From Octopus vulgaris (taxonomy: Eukaryota), in the NCBI GenBank assembly GCA_951406725.2, contig OX597829.1:54870001-54934000 (forward strand): 64,000 bases of DNA, in the 5' to 3' direction. A program made the position numbers and the translations under genes. Below the pieces are notes generated by a model. That model was not told the DNA's origin and did no database searches. It saw nothing but the letters and a program-made list of their open reading frames with translations. Below are positions 39,467 to 52,319 of the stretch, piece after piece (the stretch's first letter is position 1; each line of letters opens with the position of its first letter).

Positions 39467-41330
39467 AAAATCTATCTTTCCAGTTAGCCTTCCTTTGATA
39501 TTACTGCACCTCTTATATGTCCATAGATTACACTGGGTACATCTTATAGAGTTTTACCTATGCCTTTCTACAGATCGAGTATGGCCATGTACATACTCGA
39601 TGGCGTCCCTGTACATGGCTTGCACAGCTCTCACTGACCATTCATCTATCCGTAATTTCCTCATTGTCCACCAGATAAGGGATCGGGGGACCCTGTCAAA
39701 GGCTTTCTCCATGTCAACGAAAGCCAGGTACAGAGGTTTATCTTTGGCTAGGTATTTCTCCTGCAGCTGTCTTACCAGAAATATGGCATCAGTGGTGCTT
39801 TTCCCTGGCGTGAACCCAAACTGCATCTCAACTAAACTGACTCCCTAATTAGCTGGACTATGACCTTCGTTACCTGATCCAACAACTTAATACCTCTGTA
39901 ATTATTTGTATCTAAAGTGTCACCTTTACCTTTGTAGCAGTTGACTATTATGCTGCTACACCACTCATTGGGTATGACTTCTTCATGTATCACCTGGTTA
40001 ACTATGCAGGTGACTAGGCTATAGCCAACACAGCCAGATATTTTGAGCATCTCTGCAGTGATTCCTGATGGGTCAGGGGCTTTCTTTGTCTTCATACTCT
40101 TAATTGCTTTATCTACCAAGGTACTGTCAACTTGGATAACAGGTCCCTCTGTTGGGACGACATTCGGCAGACCCTCTTTCTCCCATTCATTTTCTTCATT
40201 CAGCAACCTTTCATAGTGGCGTCTCCAAACCTCTCTCTTTGCAGCCTCGTTTAATGCAAGTGAACCATCATACATGTGGGTGCATTTCTCTCCTACGACA
40301 TCACAATTCTCTCTCACACACTGTCTTGCAACACGAAATACTTCAAGTCTTTGGTCCTCATGGCGCAGAACATTGGCAAATTTTTTCTTATCTGCTTCCC
40401 CTCTGGCTAAATAAACCTGTCTCCTAGCTTCAGTTCTGGCAGTCTGATACAATTCCCTGCTACCACTATTCCTTCCAAGCCTGCTTCTTTTCTCTAATGG
40501 CTCTGTCAACAACATTGTTCCACCACCACGTTACCTTGGGTCGAGAGTGGTCTTTGCAACATCCTCAGATCTGGTCAGTGGCTCTCAGGAAGTTGTCCCG
40601 TACAAACCTCCAGTTGTCTTCCACATTATTTGATGCTTTTTCTCCTTCTATTTTGTTAAAGGCTTCGAGTAATATGTCTCTAAAAACTCTGACCATTTGC
40701 AGGATCTTTAAGCTTCCAGACCCTCCCCTCCAAGCTGGTCTTCTGGGCAGCCATTTAGCCCTGATCCTGAAGTTGCTAACTACTAATCTATGTTGTGGGG
40801 TACATTCTTTGCCTGGGAAGGTTTTGGCATATATAAGCAGCCTTCTTTCCCTTTTTCTGGCGAGGATGTAGTCAATTCGGCTAGTGTGTCTGCCAGAATG
40901 GTAGGTGACTAGGTGACAGGCGGGATTCCTGAAGTTGGTTTTGCAAACCATAAGAGCATTTGCATCGCAGAACTCCAGCAGTCTGGTTCCCTCCTCATTG
41001 CGGGAACCAAAACCATAGCCTCCATGTATGCCATGGAAGCCCCCTGCATGTTGTCCAACATGTCCATTGAAATCACCAGCCACAAAGAGAAGGTCCCTGT
41101 CATTTGTCAACAAGGTAGTCTGCAATAGGGTGTCATAAAATTGGTCTTTCTGCCCATCCAGTAGCCCCGGTTGACCTATGGTGAAGCACTAATCTAATCT
41201 GAAGTACTCTGTCACATACTCTGACTACCTTGATTACCTTATCAACCCATTTCTCAGCAAGAAGTATACCCATGTCCCCAGCCCAGAAAAACTTGTACCT
41301 GTGTTCTTTGCCTGTGAGGAACCTCCGCTC
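39467..41330 (-). mobile_element. RTE-clade LINE fragment (APE endonuclease and 5' part of RT)
   Basis: ORFs with AGDFNGHVG, IDYILAR, KAPDPSGITAEMLK, NYRGIKLL, QFGFTPGKSTTDAIF and AFVDMEKAFDRV. Confidence 0.92.
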
Positions 41331-41459
41331 CACCTTACTTCTTGGATATAGCACAAATCTAACGCCAACCACTCCGTGAGTGCTTTTTACATGCCACAGG
41401 CACAGGTGCCAGGGGAGGCTGGCAAACAGCCACAATCGGTTGGTGCTTTTTACGTGTCC

Positions 41460-41975
41460 GCAACATGGACACATGTCCTCCACAGTCACAGCCCATGTTT
41501 CACTGCCATGAAACATGGCAGTTCGCACACATGCATTGTACAATCTACCTTTCATTCTGAGCGAGAGACCCTTTGTCGCCAGTAGGGGAAGAAGCTTTCT
41601 AAACTTTGCCCAGGCTATTCTTATTCTAGTGGTAACACTCTCTGAGCATCCACCCCCACTACTAAGGAAGGTGTGGTGAGTTTGCCTTCCTCCTTACTAG
41701 AACTTTGGTCTTTGCTACATTGACTCTAAGGCCTTTTGATTCTAAACCTAGCTTCCACACACAAAATTTTTTCTCTAGTTCCAGTGGTGATTCCGCTACA
41801 AAGGCTAGGTCATCAGCATAGAGGAGCTCCCAGGGGCAACCCGTCTTGAATTCCTCTGTTATTGCCTGGAGGACTATGATGAATAGAAGGGGACTGAGGG
41901 CTGAGCCTTAGTGGACGCCAACTAATACCTGGAATTCTTCACTGTACTCATTGCCAATCCTAACCTTACTAACAG
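41460..41975 (-). mobile_element. RTE LINE RT fragment
   Basis: Minus strand reads CPWELLYADDLA and KGRLYNACVRTAMFHGSETW. Confidence 0.85.
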
Positions 41976-42178
41976 CCTCTCTCTCTCTCTCTCTCTTATA
42001 CATACATATATATATATATAGGTGAGAAAGTTGGTGTGTGAAAGCACGTGGTTGAATATATAGAAAATAGTAAAAAGTGAAAAAACTACAGGCTTGTTTT
42101 AAAAGATTAAAAAATATATATTTGAGTCATTATGTCAGAAGAATGTTATAAATATTTTTCATACAATGACAGTTTTTG

Positions 42179-42218
42179 AAGAAATGACCAGTTTCGCGTT
42201 CAGCTTTTCAAATTTCTT
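42179..42218 (-). ncRNA. Inverted copy of the U3-A8 minimal hammerhead (loop III CTGG)
   Basis: Reverse complement of 42257-42296 with one substitution that breaks the CCGG palindrome. Confidence 0.6.
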
Positions 42219-42256
42219 ACATCGTTATGTTTACATTGAGAAGTGTAAAGAAGAGT

Positions 42257-42296
42257 AAGAAATTTGAAAAGCTGAACGCGAAACCGGTCATTTCTT
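42257..42296 (+). ncRNA. Minimal type I hammerhead ribozyme, U3-A8 core variant
   Basis: AAGAAAT-TTGAAAA-GC(tgaac)GC-GAAA-CCGG-TC-ATTTCTT: 7-bp stem I, compensated 3:8 pair, palindromic loop III, GUC site. Confidence 0.72.
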
Positions 42297-42411
42297 CAAA
42301 AACTATGTCATTGTATGAAAAATATTTATAACATTCTTCTGACATAATGACTCAAATATATATTTTTTTAATCTTTTAAAACAAGCCTTCTGTAGTTTTT
42401 TCACTTTTTAC

Positions 42412-42460
<49 letters not shown>

Positions 42461-44158
42461 TATATATATGGCCGCAGCTCTGAGCTGAAACTAGAAAAAA
42501 AAAAAAAAAATATTGAACATTCCCTTAAGCAACACAAGATTCTGGTTGACAGCCAAGCTGATGCCATGCACAAGAACAATACTTGTAGATCCTATAATTT
42601 CTTCAATGGAGAACCACAAGGATCATCCTCTCATTTTGCACTCATTATTTCAGCCTAAAACTTAATGACTTTTTCCTGCTCCACACAAAACATACAGTTT
42701 CACACAATGACAACATTACACACACACACACATCTTCCTGCAGTTTTCCAGACACTTGCTGCATAAATACTCCAACTACATTTTAAGTCAACTGACCTGG
42801 CTCCACGATTTATTACCTCTCTTCTTAACCTGCAACACTAAAGACCATGAAATACAACCAACCACCACACTCACATTCTCGGAGAGACAGAGACAAAATA
42901 CAAAAACCTTTAAGAATCACATATGATTCCTCAACAACATCCACAGCAGACTGAAATGACATTGTACAAGTAAAACAAGAATACTTACTCAGAGCAAATA
43001 CAGATTCTACATTTGGCAAATATTGGTGTACAAACAATCCATTGGATCTATTTTTGACCCAACCAGTCTTACCTGGAATCCAATCTTTCTATAAGGGACC
43101 ACAATAAACTATGAAGAACATAAAGCAGTGCACTATACATCGCAGCAGGTTACAAACAGAATTACTCAAAAATGTAAGAGGATCACAATTTGATGTTGCA
43201 GCAAACTTCAATGCCTTCAGGTTCTGTTACTACACAAAGAAAAACTCCCGCCAAACACACACAAACATGTATATCATTTCAGTGCATTACTACGACATCC
43301 TGCAAACACCATCTCCCTGACTCAGTCCTGGCAGGCACAAGGGACATGTACACAACTGCAACAGCCAATAACTTCATTTGATCCAGACATACCAGGATGT
43401 ACAACAGCAGTCATAATTGCATAGGAACTGTAACAGTTGTGCTCTGAGTTCATTTTGTCTACCCCCCACTCCCACCCCCACGGTGGTTTCATAAGAATAG
43501 ATGAGACAGTGATGGTGCAATGTATCCAGATTGAATCAGTGGATCTGATTTGGCTAACAACCTGCATGCCACAGACATACCTTATCTGGTATGACCTGGG
43601 ATTACACAGTAGTAATACTTCAACTAAAAAGTTTCCAAGGTGATAGGAAGGTGTTTTAATGCTTGTTAATATACCAAACTCTCTCTCATTTGACTTTTTA
43701 TCGAAGAAATATTTAATGTCTGAAGTAATTTCTGTAAAAATGATTCTTAAGCAGAAATTACTTTCAACTTTGATTTTTTAAACTCAATTCCTTGAAAAAG
43801 ATTAAGGAAAAAAAAACCTGATTGACAATCCAATTGATTATCAGTCATTATTATAAGAAATAAAAAGGCAGTGAGTTGTTGGCACACCAGCCAAAATGCT
43901 TGGCAGCATTTCACCCATCTTAACGTTCTGAGTTCAGATTCCACCAAGGTCAACTTTGTCTTTCATCCTTTCAGGGTCAATAGAATATGTATCAGTTGGG
44001 CACTGGGGTTGATGTGACCCCCCCCCCCCCGACTCCTTCAAAGTTACTGGCCTTGTGCCAAAATTTGAAACCATCATTATGGGAAATAAAGATACAAGCT
44101 CTTGTATACACCAAAGTCTATGCAGGAGAATCTCTTTTGCAATAGAGTCTAAGTTATA

Positions 44159-45401
44159 TTGGCTTGGCAACTAAGTTCTCGCCATTTTTTCAAATCAATT
44201 TTTTAAAAAGTTTAATAAAAAAATAATTAATTAATCAATAATGTTGTTCACTCTTGTTGTTTACAACTTCTTCCCAACGTTCAACAAGATTTTTAATGCC
44301 TCGTTGGTAGAAATCACCTGATTTCAACTCAAAAAATTGATCCAACCAAGATCTCAATTCTTGAAAGAAACAACACGCATAGCATTTGAAAGAGGTGGAA
44401 ATCCATCGGTGCCAAATCAGGAGAGTATGGCAAGTGTGGCAGCACTTCTCAGCCATGCATTTGAATGGCTTTCTTGGTCATATTGGCAGAAGAACTCCAT
44501 GCTGCCAATAAGGTCTTTTCTCTTGAATAGCCATGTTGAGTCATTCCATCTGTTGAACATAGTTCCATGTTGACTGTTTGGTTCCGTTCAAGCAATTTGT
44601 AATGGATAATCCCTTCCCAGTCCCACTATACGCACAACATTGTTTTATGTGGATGATCTGGTTTCACACGTGGTGTCGCTTGTTTACCGGAGCTTAGCCA
44701 TTCCTTACGCTGCTTCATATTGATATACAGGCACCATTTTTTGCCACAAGTAATGATTTGGTAAAGAAATCATTGCTTGTATCCATGAGTTGAGCGGTGA
44801 CAAGCAAGCAAACCAGCGGAGATTGTGGCTCGTTGATTTTTGTTGTTGTCACTTAAAGCATGCAGAACCCATGCTCCATACTTCTGAACCTTTCCCATTG
44901 AGTGAAAATGCTTCTCTACAGCAGTGTAGGAACATTCCATTTTCTCTGCCAGTTCCCTTGTCGTTTGACAAGAATTTTCGTGCAAAAGTTGGTTTAAGCG
45001 ATCTTCATCAAACTCAACTGTAAGACCAGAACAAGGTGTGACTTTGAGGTCAAAATTCCCATTTTTGAACTTGGCATACCAATCACGAGTGTTTCCTTCA
45101 GCTATGGTACCCTCTCCATACACAGCACAAGTGTTGCGAGCAGCTTTTGCAGCCTTAGAACCTTGATTAAAAGCAAAAAGAAGGAGGTGTTAAAAATGCT
45201 CGTTTTTCTTAACTTGACATTCCATTTTAATGATCTGAAAATAAACAAAAATTAACCAAAATTAACTATAAAAAAATCAAAATAGATTCCGAAATGATTC
45301 TAAAATAGAATTCTCAAAAAAAAAAAAGATTCCAAAATTTAAAAACGCAATAAATTACTAAATTAACAAAAAAAACGGCGGGAACTTAGTTGCCAACCCA
45401 A
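44159..45401 (-). mobile_element. Near full-length mariner, copy A, defective
   Basis: Terminal inverted repeats ttggcttggcaactaagttc / gaacttagttgccaacccaa with TA flanks; transposase fragments with WVLHAL motif; stops and deletions. Confidence 0.93.
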
Positions 45402-46103
45402 TATAACCCCATTAAATGATGTATTTCTGCCTCGTTAACACAACTCATCATGTGAATTTTTTAAACCTTCATCATCTTTTAACATATGCCTTCCATGCTG
45501 AAAAGAGGTGGACAGCACAAAAAGGATCTAATGGGTCAGAGGATTGCATCATGTCTAGTTTGGCACACTTTCTATGGCTAGATGCCCTTCCTAATGTCAA
45601 CCACTTTACAGAGTATACTAGGTACTTCTTCCCATTAGTGAGGCTGCATGTAGCTTACAAGACTAAGATTCCTTTTACCAATTGGGACTGCAGTAGAGAG
45701 AGAGAGCACTTTATGTGAGAAAGGTTATAGTTAGGGAGAAGAGAGTGGAACGAGTTTCTTGTTGTAAAAGAGATACATGGCTAATTGCATTATACAAGAG
45801 TGGGTGAGAGTGTATGGGGTGGAGCTGGAAAGAGAGATGAAGATGGAGGTGACAAGGTGTCATCTGGTACCTCAAAGTGGAAGGTGTATAGAAGTGAGCA
45901 AGGATAAAAAGACAGGAAGGGTAGAGATTGCTGGAATGTATGGCGAGAGTAGTCAATGATAGGGTGGAGGAATGATCAATGATACAAGGGAGAGTAGGTG
46001 ATGACTGGCAGTACAGAAATGGGCAAAAAGTAACAGAACAGTAATCCCTGAAAAATTAAATGGTTTTCCTTGCATGCATGACAGCAAATATTAAGGCTTG
46101 CTG

Positions 46104-46348
46104 AAGTGGTTCCCAAACTTTTGCGGGCTGCTGCCCCTTTGGCACTCAAGCCACTCAGTACCACAAACATAGATCACTTTCTGCAGCAAATTCAAAACAA
46201 TATTTCACAAATAAAACTTAATCTAATAAACCCATTATTTTTTTGGAGGGGTTGCATCTATTGCCCCCACCCCACCCCACCCTGTTATTGCCCCACTTTA
46301 CTTTCTGCTGCTCATGGGGTGCAGTACCGCCCACTTTGGGAACCACTG
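46104..46348. mobile_element. hAT-like MITE
   Basis: Terminal inverted repeats agtggttcccaaa / tttgggaaccactg around 245 non-coding bp; no clear target-site duplication. Confidence 0.55.
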
Positions 46349-47747
46349 GTTTAAATAGCAATGCCTGAAATTAGGTGAAGCCCAGGTAAATTTACAATTA
46401 AATTTGTATATGATTAAATATTAAAATCATTCCACAATAGCAGTTGGCCTTACAGGACTAAATTATGCAGACAGAACATCGCCAAAACAAGACATCTTCA
46501 TCAAGAGTTTGTACAAGTCTAGAAACAGATGTGCCGTGAATAATTATTCAGAGTGTAGACATACTCTGTTGATATTCAACTGAGCTGAATCATACGTGTC
46601 TGATGGTGTTGGCTCATTAGCTCAACATTCTATTTATACTGATTGATATTAAGCAACCACAATGACGACCCTCATTAACCGAACCTGGCTTTCCAACTTG
46701 CTTAACATCATCTCAATCATAAGCCAAATGAGACCGTAACTGCGGCCTATGCCAGTGCAGCACAATCAGCCCGTTTAAGAGCACCCTTCAATCATTGGGC
46801 TATAAACTGTGCTTGTGAAGATCTGTTGAGGCAAGTGAAGTCGTCGTCGTGGCTGATGACAGTACTGCTTGATTGGGACCCGTTCCAGTGGCATGTAAAA
46901 AGCAATGTTCAAGTGTAGTCGTTGCCAGTGCCACCTGACTGGCCTCTGTACTAGTAGCACATAAAAAGCAGGCACTATATTCTTGAAATGGTTGGCATTA
47001 GGAAGAGCATCCAGCTGCAGAAACATTGCCAGGTCAGATTGGAAGCTGGTGCAGCCTTCTGGCTTGCCAGCCCTCAGTCAAACCGTCAAACCCATGCCAG
47101 CAAGGAAAGCAGATATTAAACGATGATGATGATAATGTTAAAGAGATAACTTCTGAATTCTTCCATTGTTGATGAACAGAAATTTGGATATTGAAGTAAA
47201 TGTTTTTGCTAAACAAGCCACGTTCTACATTGCTATAATGTAACTGACTTGTAATTATGAAATAAAAAATTGCCTGCATATTAACTTCATTTAGATACAA
47301 TTATCTAAACTATCTTTGGACTAGGGCCCAGTCTTGAAGGGTTATACTCAAATAAATTGAACCCAATACTTTTTAAGCCTGGTCCTTATTCAATGGGTCT
47401 TTTGACAAACTGTTAATGTACATAAACAAACCAACACCAGTTAAGTGGTAGTGGGGGACAAACACACACATATAATGACAGAATTCTTTCAGTTTCCATC
47501 TACTAAATCCATTCACAAGGCTCTGGTCAGATTGAGCTATAGTAAAAAAAACATGGTCCAAGGTGGAAGTGAACCTGGAACCATGTAGTTGGGAAGCAAC
47601 TTATTAATTTAATTAGCTATAACAATTCAACACCAAGGCAGCAAACTGACAGAATTGTTAGCAAGCCAGGTAAAATGCTCAGTGTTATTTCATTTGCCTT
47701 TATGTTCTGAGTTCAAATTTCACCAAGGTCGACTTTTGCCTTTCATC

Positions 47748-48434
47748 TGTAGCATGTAGCCATTTTCAAACAGTAGCGCCAATTTGTGGTAGTTGGCAAT
47801 ATGACGTAATGTCGTATTGCCGAAGAAATATGATTGTTGTTTTCCCATTGGTTGAAATAACTGCTCAGATAGGAATTCTGAAAATTAGTTAAAGAATATT
47901 TTTATGTGATTTCGATTCTTTAAAGTCAAGTTGAGCAGTTATAAAAACCCTGGATTTTGGGGAAAACTTCAGTGTTCTGTGGAATGTTAACTAAACTCCA
48001 CGAACACTCACTCCTTTGAGACATTGGTTATTTTTTATGCCATGTCCATGAAAAATCCAACAAGACTTGTTTGAATTGCTGAGATCTATAATAGCTAGAA
48101 TGAGGAATTAATTAGCTAAAATATTAAGTCGTAATTCTCTACGACAAAAATTATTTTTCTTCAAAATGTATACAAATATTAAAAATGCTATATGTATATA
48201 ATAAAATAATGTAGAAATTATTTTCTCTTTCTTCACGTTCTTCAATTTATTAATGAATGTATTTCTGTAATTATTAAACTGTATTTTTTTAATAGCGGTT
48301 AAAAGAACACAAAGTTATTAATATTTAACATACATGCACGATTAATGTCCATTAGTGTTCCAGAAAATATATTTCTCGCTATGGCGTTTTTGTAGCTGGA
48401 GTCAGGATTTACGTATAATGATAACACTTATACA
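47748..48434. mobile_element. Probable solo LTR inserted in a SINE
   Basis: About 687 bp with TGTA...TACA termini, interrupting the SINE motif gcctttcatc|ctttcgggg; CATC is present at both junctions. Confidence 0.55.
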
Positions 48435-49295
48435 TCCTTTCGGGGGTTGATAAATTAAGTACCAGTTGCGCACTGGGTAGGGGGGAATCTAATCAACTAG
48501 CCCCATCCCACCAAATTTCAGGCCTTGTGCCTATGGTAGAAAGTATTATATAAACAGTTGTTCTTATCAGTCATTACATTCTTAATTTCATTTTATGCAT
48601 CGATGCAAAAACCAGAGGCAATGCAGAATGGCAGGCAGTTGATAGAGGGATCCACCTGTGTTCTATGAGAATTTATACGCATACGGATCATCATCATTTA
48701 ACATCCATTTTCCATGCTGGCAGGAGTTGGTAAGGCTGGAAGCTGCATCAGGCTCCAATTTTTTGTTTTGGGATAGTTTCTATGGCTGGATGCTGCCCTT
48801 CCTAACACCAGAGTGTAATGGACACTTTTATGTGGCACCATCACCAGTGCTTTTTACATGGCATCATGGTTTCAGGATTTGATGCATGAAAATGTATACC
48901 CATAAAATATTTGAAGACGGCTAATTTGTGCACGTGAAATGGATGATTTGCGAGAAATAAAAGGAGACACAAATTTTGCGATCTTTGAGTTGAAGATATT
49001 ACTTTTACATTTGTCATTCAGCATCATTTTATTTGGCAGAAGCGTGAAGAATATTTTTTTTGCTTGGATTCATGTTTGTGACCAATTTGTTTGTTACAGA
49101 CATGAAACGCTCTACTTTTGTTCATTTGGCTGTATGGTAAGAAGCTTGCTTCCCAACAACATGGTTCCGGGTTCATTCCCCCTGCGTGACACCTTGGGCA
49201 AGTGTCTTCTACTATAGTCTTAGGCTGACCAAATCTTTGTGAGTGGATTTGGTAGATGGAAACTGAAAGAAGCCCATTGCATATATATATATATA

Positions 49296-50536
49296 TTGGA
49301 TTGGCAACTAAGTTCCCGCAGTTTTTTTTTAAATTTAAATTTTTTAAAAAGGTTTAGTAAAAAATAATAACTAATTAATCAATATTGTGTTCACCCTTAT
49401 TGTAAACAACAAGGGTGAACACATTATTCCCAACGTTCAGCAAAATTTTCAATATCTCACTAATTTCGACTCGAAAAATTGACCCAACCAAGCTCTCAAT
49501 TCTGCATCAGTATTGAAAGAGGTTGAAATCCATTGGAGCCAAATCAGGAAATACAGCGGGTGTGGCAGCTCTTCGCAGCCATGCATTTGAATGGCTTCCT
49601 TGGTCATATTGGCGGTATGATGGCAGAGGTTGTCGTGCAGCAGAAGAACTCCATGCTGCCGATTAGGTCTTTTCTCTTGAATAGCTGTGTTGAATTGTTC
49701 CATCTGTTGAACATAGAGTTCCACATTGACCGTTTGGTTCCGTTCAAGCAATTTGTAATGGATAATCCCTTCCCAGTCCCACCATACACACAACATCGTT
49801 TTACATGAATGAAGATCTTGTTTCACACTCGGCATTGCTTGTTTACCGGAGCTTAGCCATTCCTTACGCTGCTTCATATTGATGTACAGGCACCATTTTT
49901 CATCGCCAGTAATGATTCGGTAAAGAAATTGTTGCTTGGGTCCATGAGTTGAGCGGTGATGAACCAGCAAACCAGCGGAGATTGTGGCTCGTTGATTTTT
50001 GTTGTTGTCCCTTAAGGCATGCAGAACCCATGCTCCATATTTCTGAGCCTTTCCCATCGAATGAAGATGCTTCTCTACAGCAGTGTAGGAGCATTCCATT
50101 TTCTCTGCCAGTTCCCTTGTCGTTTGACAAGAATTTCCGTGCAAAAGTTGGTTTAATCGATCTTCATCAAACTCAACTGTAAGACCAGAACAAGGTGTGA
50201 CTTTGAGGTCAAAATTCCCATTTTTGAATTTGGCATACCAATCACGAGCGGTTCTTCCAGCTATGGCATCCTCTCCATACACAGTACAAATGTCGCAAGC
50301 AGCTTTTGCAGCCTAAGAACCTTGATTAAAAGCAGAAAGAAGGAGGTGTTAAAAATGCTTGTTTTTCTTAACTTGACATTCCATTTTAATGATCTGAAAA
50401 TAAACAAAAATTAACTATAAAAAAAATCAAAATAGATTGCAAAATAGAATTCTCAAAAAAAAAAAGATTTCAAAATTTAAAAACTCAATAAATCCTAAAA
50501 TTTAAGAAAATGGCAGGAACTTAGTTGCCAACCCAA
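49296..50536 (-). mobile_element. Near full-length mariner, copy B, defective, inserted in (TA)n
   Basis: Same terminal repeats as copy A; 277-aa ORF 49449-50282 with WVLHAL, ITGDEKW and LLHDN motifs; frameshift at the YSPDLAP motif; stop at codon 12. Confidence 0.95.
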
Positions 50537-50545
50537 TATATATAT

Positions 50546-50896
50546 GTTGGTAGGGGCATTTGAATTATAATGTCGGATGTAATCAATTGAACCACACGTG
50601 TATTTATCGTTATGGTAAAATCTGGTGTGTGATTGAGTGGATTTCATCCAGATAGTTTTGGCTGAGGAGCTACAAGTGAGTTTTTTGTGAGTAAAATTAC
50701 ATTTAATTCATTAATAGCGAAACAATTGTCCCAAAATAATCTGTATTTTTGTTATTTTTTATTTGCCCTGTTCGTGTGAGCTAACAATCGTACTGACTTT
50801 CATGGGAAACATGTATTTTTGTGGTTGAAACCTTTTGGATTTACTAGTGCTAGAGTGAGCCACATAGTGACCACTCTCTTATATTTATTTTTGTAT
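50546..50896 (+). mobile_element. Probable Penelope-like or retrozyme terminal-repeat fragment between (TA)n tracts
   Basis: About 350 bp non-coding block bounded by TA microsatellite and carrying an intact hammerhead. Family assignment is inferred from the known hammerhead-Penelope association. Confidence 0.55.
50655..50737 (+). ncRNA. Type I hammerhead ribozyme, canonical core
   Basis: Stem I GTTTTGG/CCAAAAT, core CTGAGGA (50662-50668), stem II GCTA/TAGC extended by GTGAGTT/AATTCAT, GAAA (50719-50722), palindromic helix III A-CAATTG-T, GUC site at 50728-50730. Confidence 0.85.
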
Positions 50897-52319
50897 AAAT
50901 ATATATATATATATATATATATACATTTTCTGTGATTATTTGGTAAGGGGTGCTGAATATTACAGTCTATAAATAATATTTTATAAGCTTAAATCTTATA
51001 AACAATCACTGTGCATTGACTAGGGTAGTCTAATTTTAAGAATAAGAATTAAACAGAAAAAAAAGTAGAGTTTGCCATATGCATGAGACTTGAACCCACA
51101 AGTTCTTTGTGTTTGTCCCTTCGTCATCAGTTGACAAATGATGCTGGTGTGTTTATGTCATTGTAACTTAGTGGTTTGGCAAAAGTGACTGATAGAATAA
51201 GTCCTGGGGTCAATTTCTTTGACTATAAACCTTTCAGGCAGTGTTCCAGTCAAATGACTGAAACATGTAAAAGAATATCTTTATATGTGTGTATAAATAT
51301 ACAAACACACAGTCTTCATACATACAATCTTTATGTATAATTTTAATAACCTATGCCAAGCTACCAAGCAAGAAGCCAGCTGAATGGATAAGGAACATTT
51401 GGAAATTGAAGGGACTACATACTATTAAAGGTCATTTACTTATGTTAAACACTGCTCAGCTACGAAGTGTCATGTAGAAACAAACTCTTTTGGCAAGCTG
51501 GCAGAATCATTAGGACACCAAAGAAAGTGGTTTGCGGCATTTAGTCCCTCTTTATGCTTGGAGTTCAAATTCTACCAAGGTTAACTTCGTCTTACATCCT
51601 TTTGGGGTCGATAAAATAAGTACTGGTTGAACACTGAGGGTCCATGTAATCAACTTATCCCCTTCCCCGAAATTGCAGGCCTTGTGCAAAAATTTGAAAT
51701 TACTAAGATATGTTATCATGAAATGATGACAGTGGAATATATATATATTTTTTAATATCTTTTTCTGGTGAGTTCTTTAGTCTGTTCATAACACTAAATG
51801 CTTTAGCATTTAAACTGGCCATATCCAGCCTCTCACACCTAGCATACAATGTCATCCTAGGTACAAGAGGGTCAATGTGAGAGGAATGTAGTGTGGATAG
51901 GAACAGAGGATGAGCAACAGATGATCAGAAATTAGGGATATGGAAGATGAAGCAGTGGATGGCAAACATGGGAAAGGGGCAAGGTCAAAGGTGAATATCA
52001 GTTTGGGGTGGGGGGGAAAGTGAAGAAAATAGGAGGGGTGAGGGAGATAAGTAGTGGGTAAGGGAGAGAAGAGGGTGCTTGGTGACAAGGGCAGAGAGCT
52101 CAGAGGTGTGTAGGTGTGACTATACATTTTTTATATATATATATATATAGGTGGAGGCGCAATGGCCCAGTGGTTAGGGCAGCGGACTCAAGGTTTCGAT
52201 TCCCAGACCGGGCGTTGTGAGTGTTTATTGAGCGAAAACACCTAAAGCACCACGAGGCTCCGGCAGGGTGGTGGTGGCGGTCCCTGCTGTACTCTTTCAC
52301 CACAACTCTTTGTCACTCT

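Larger units (their letters stand above)
42066..42415. repeat. Long inverted repeat (155 and 161 nt arms, 34 nt spacer) near (TA)n tracts
   Basis: 42066-42220 is the reverse complement of 42255-42415 apart from three small indels and one substitution seen by eye. Confidence 0.95.

Noticed and set aside
49449-50282. 277-aa ORF as an active or domesticated (SETMAR-like) transposase near a SET gene
   Set aside because: Stop at codon 12, frameshift before the third catalytic Asp, intact terminal repeats; SETD1 has its own post-SET exon and stop 8 kb away.
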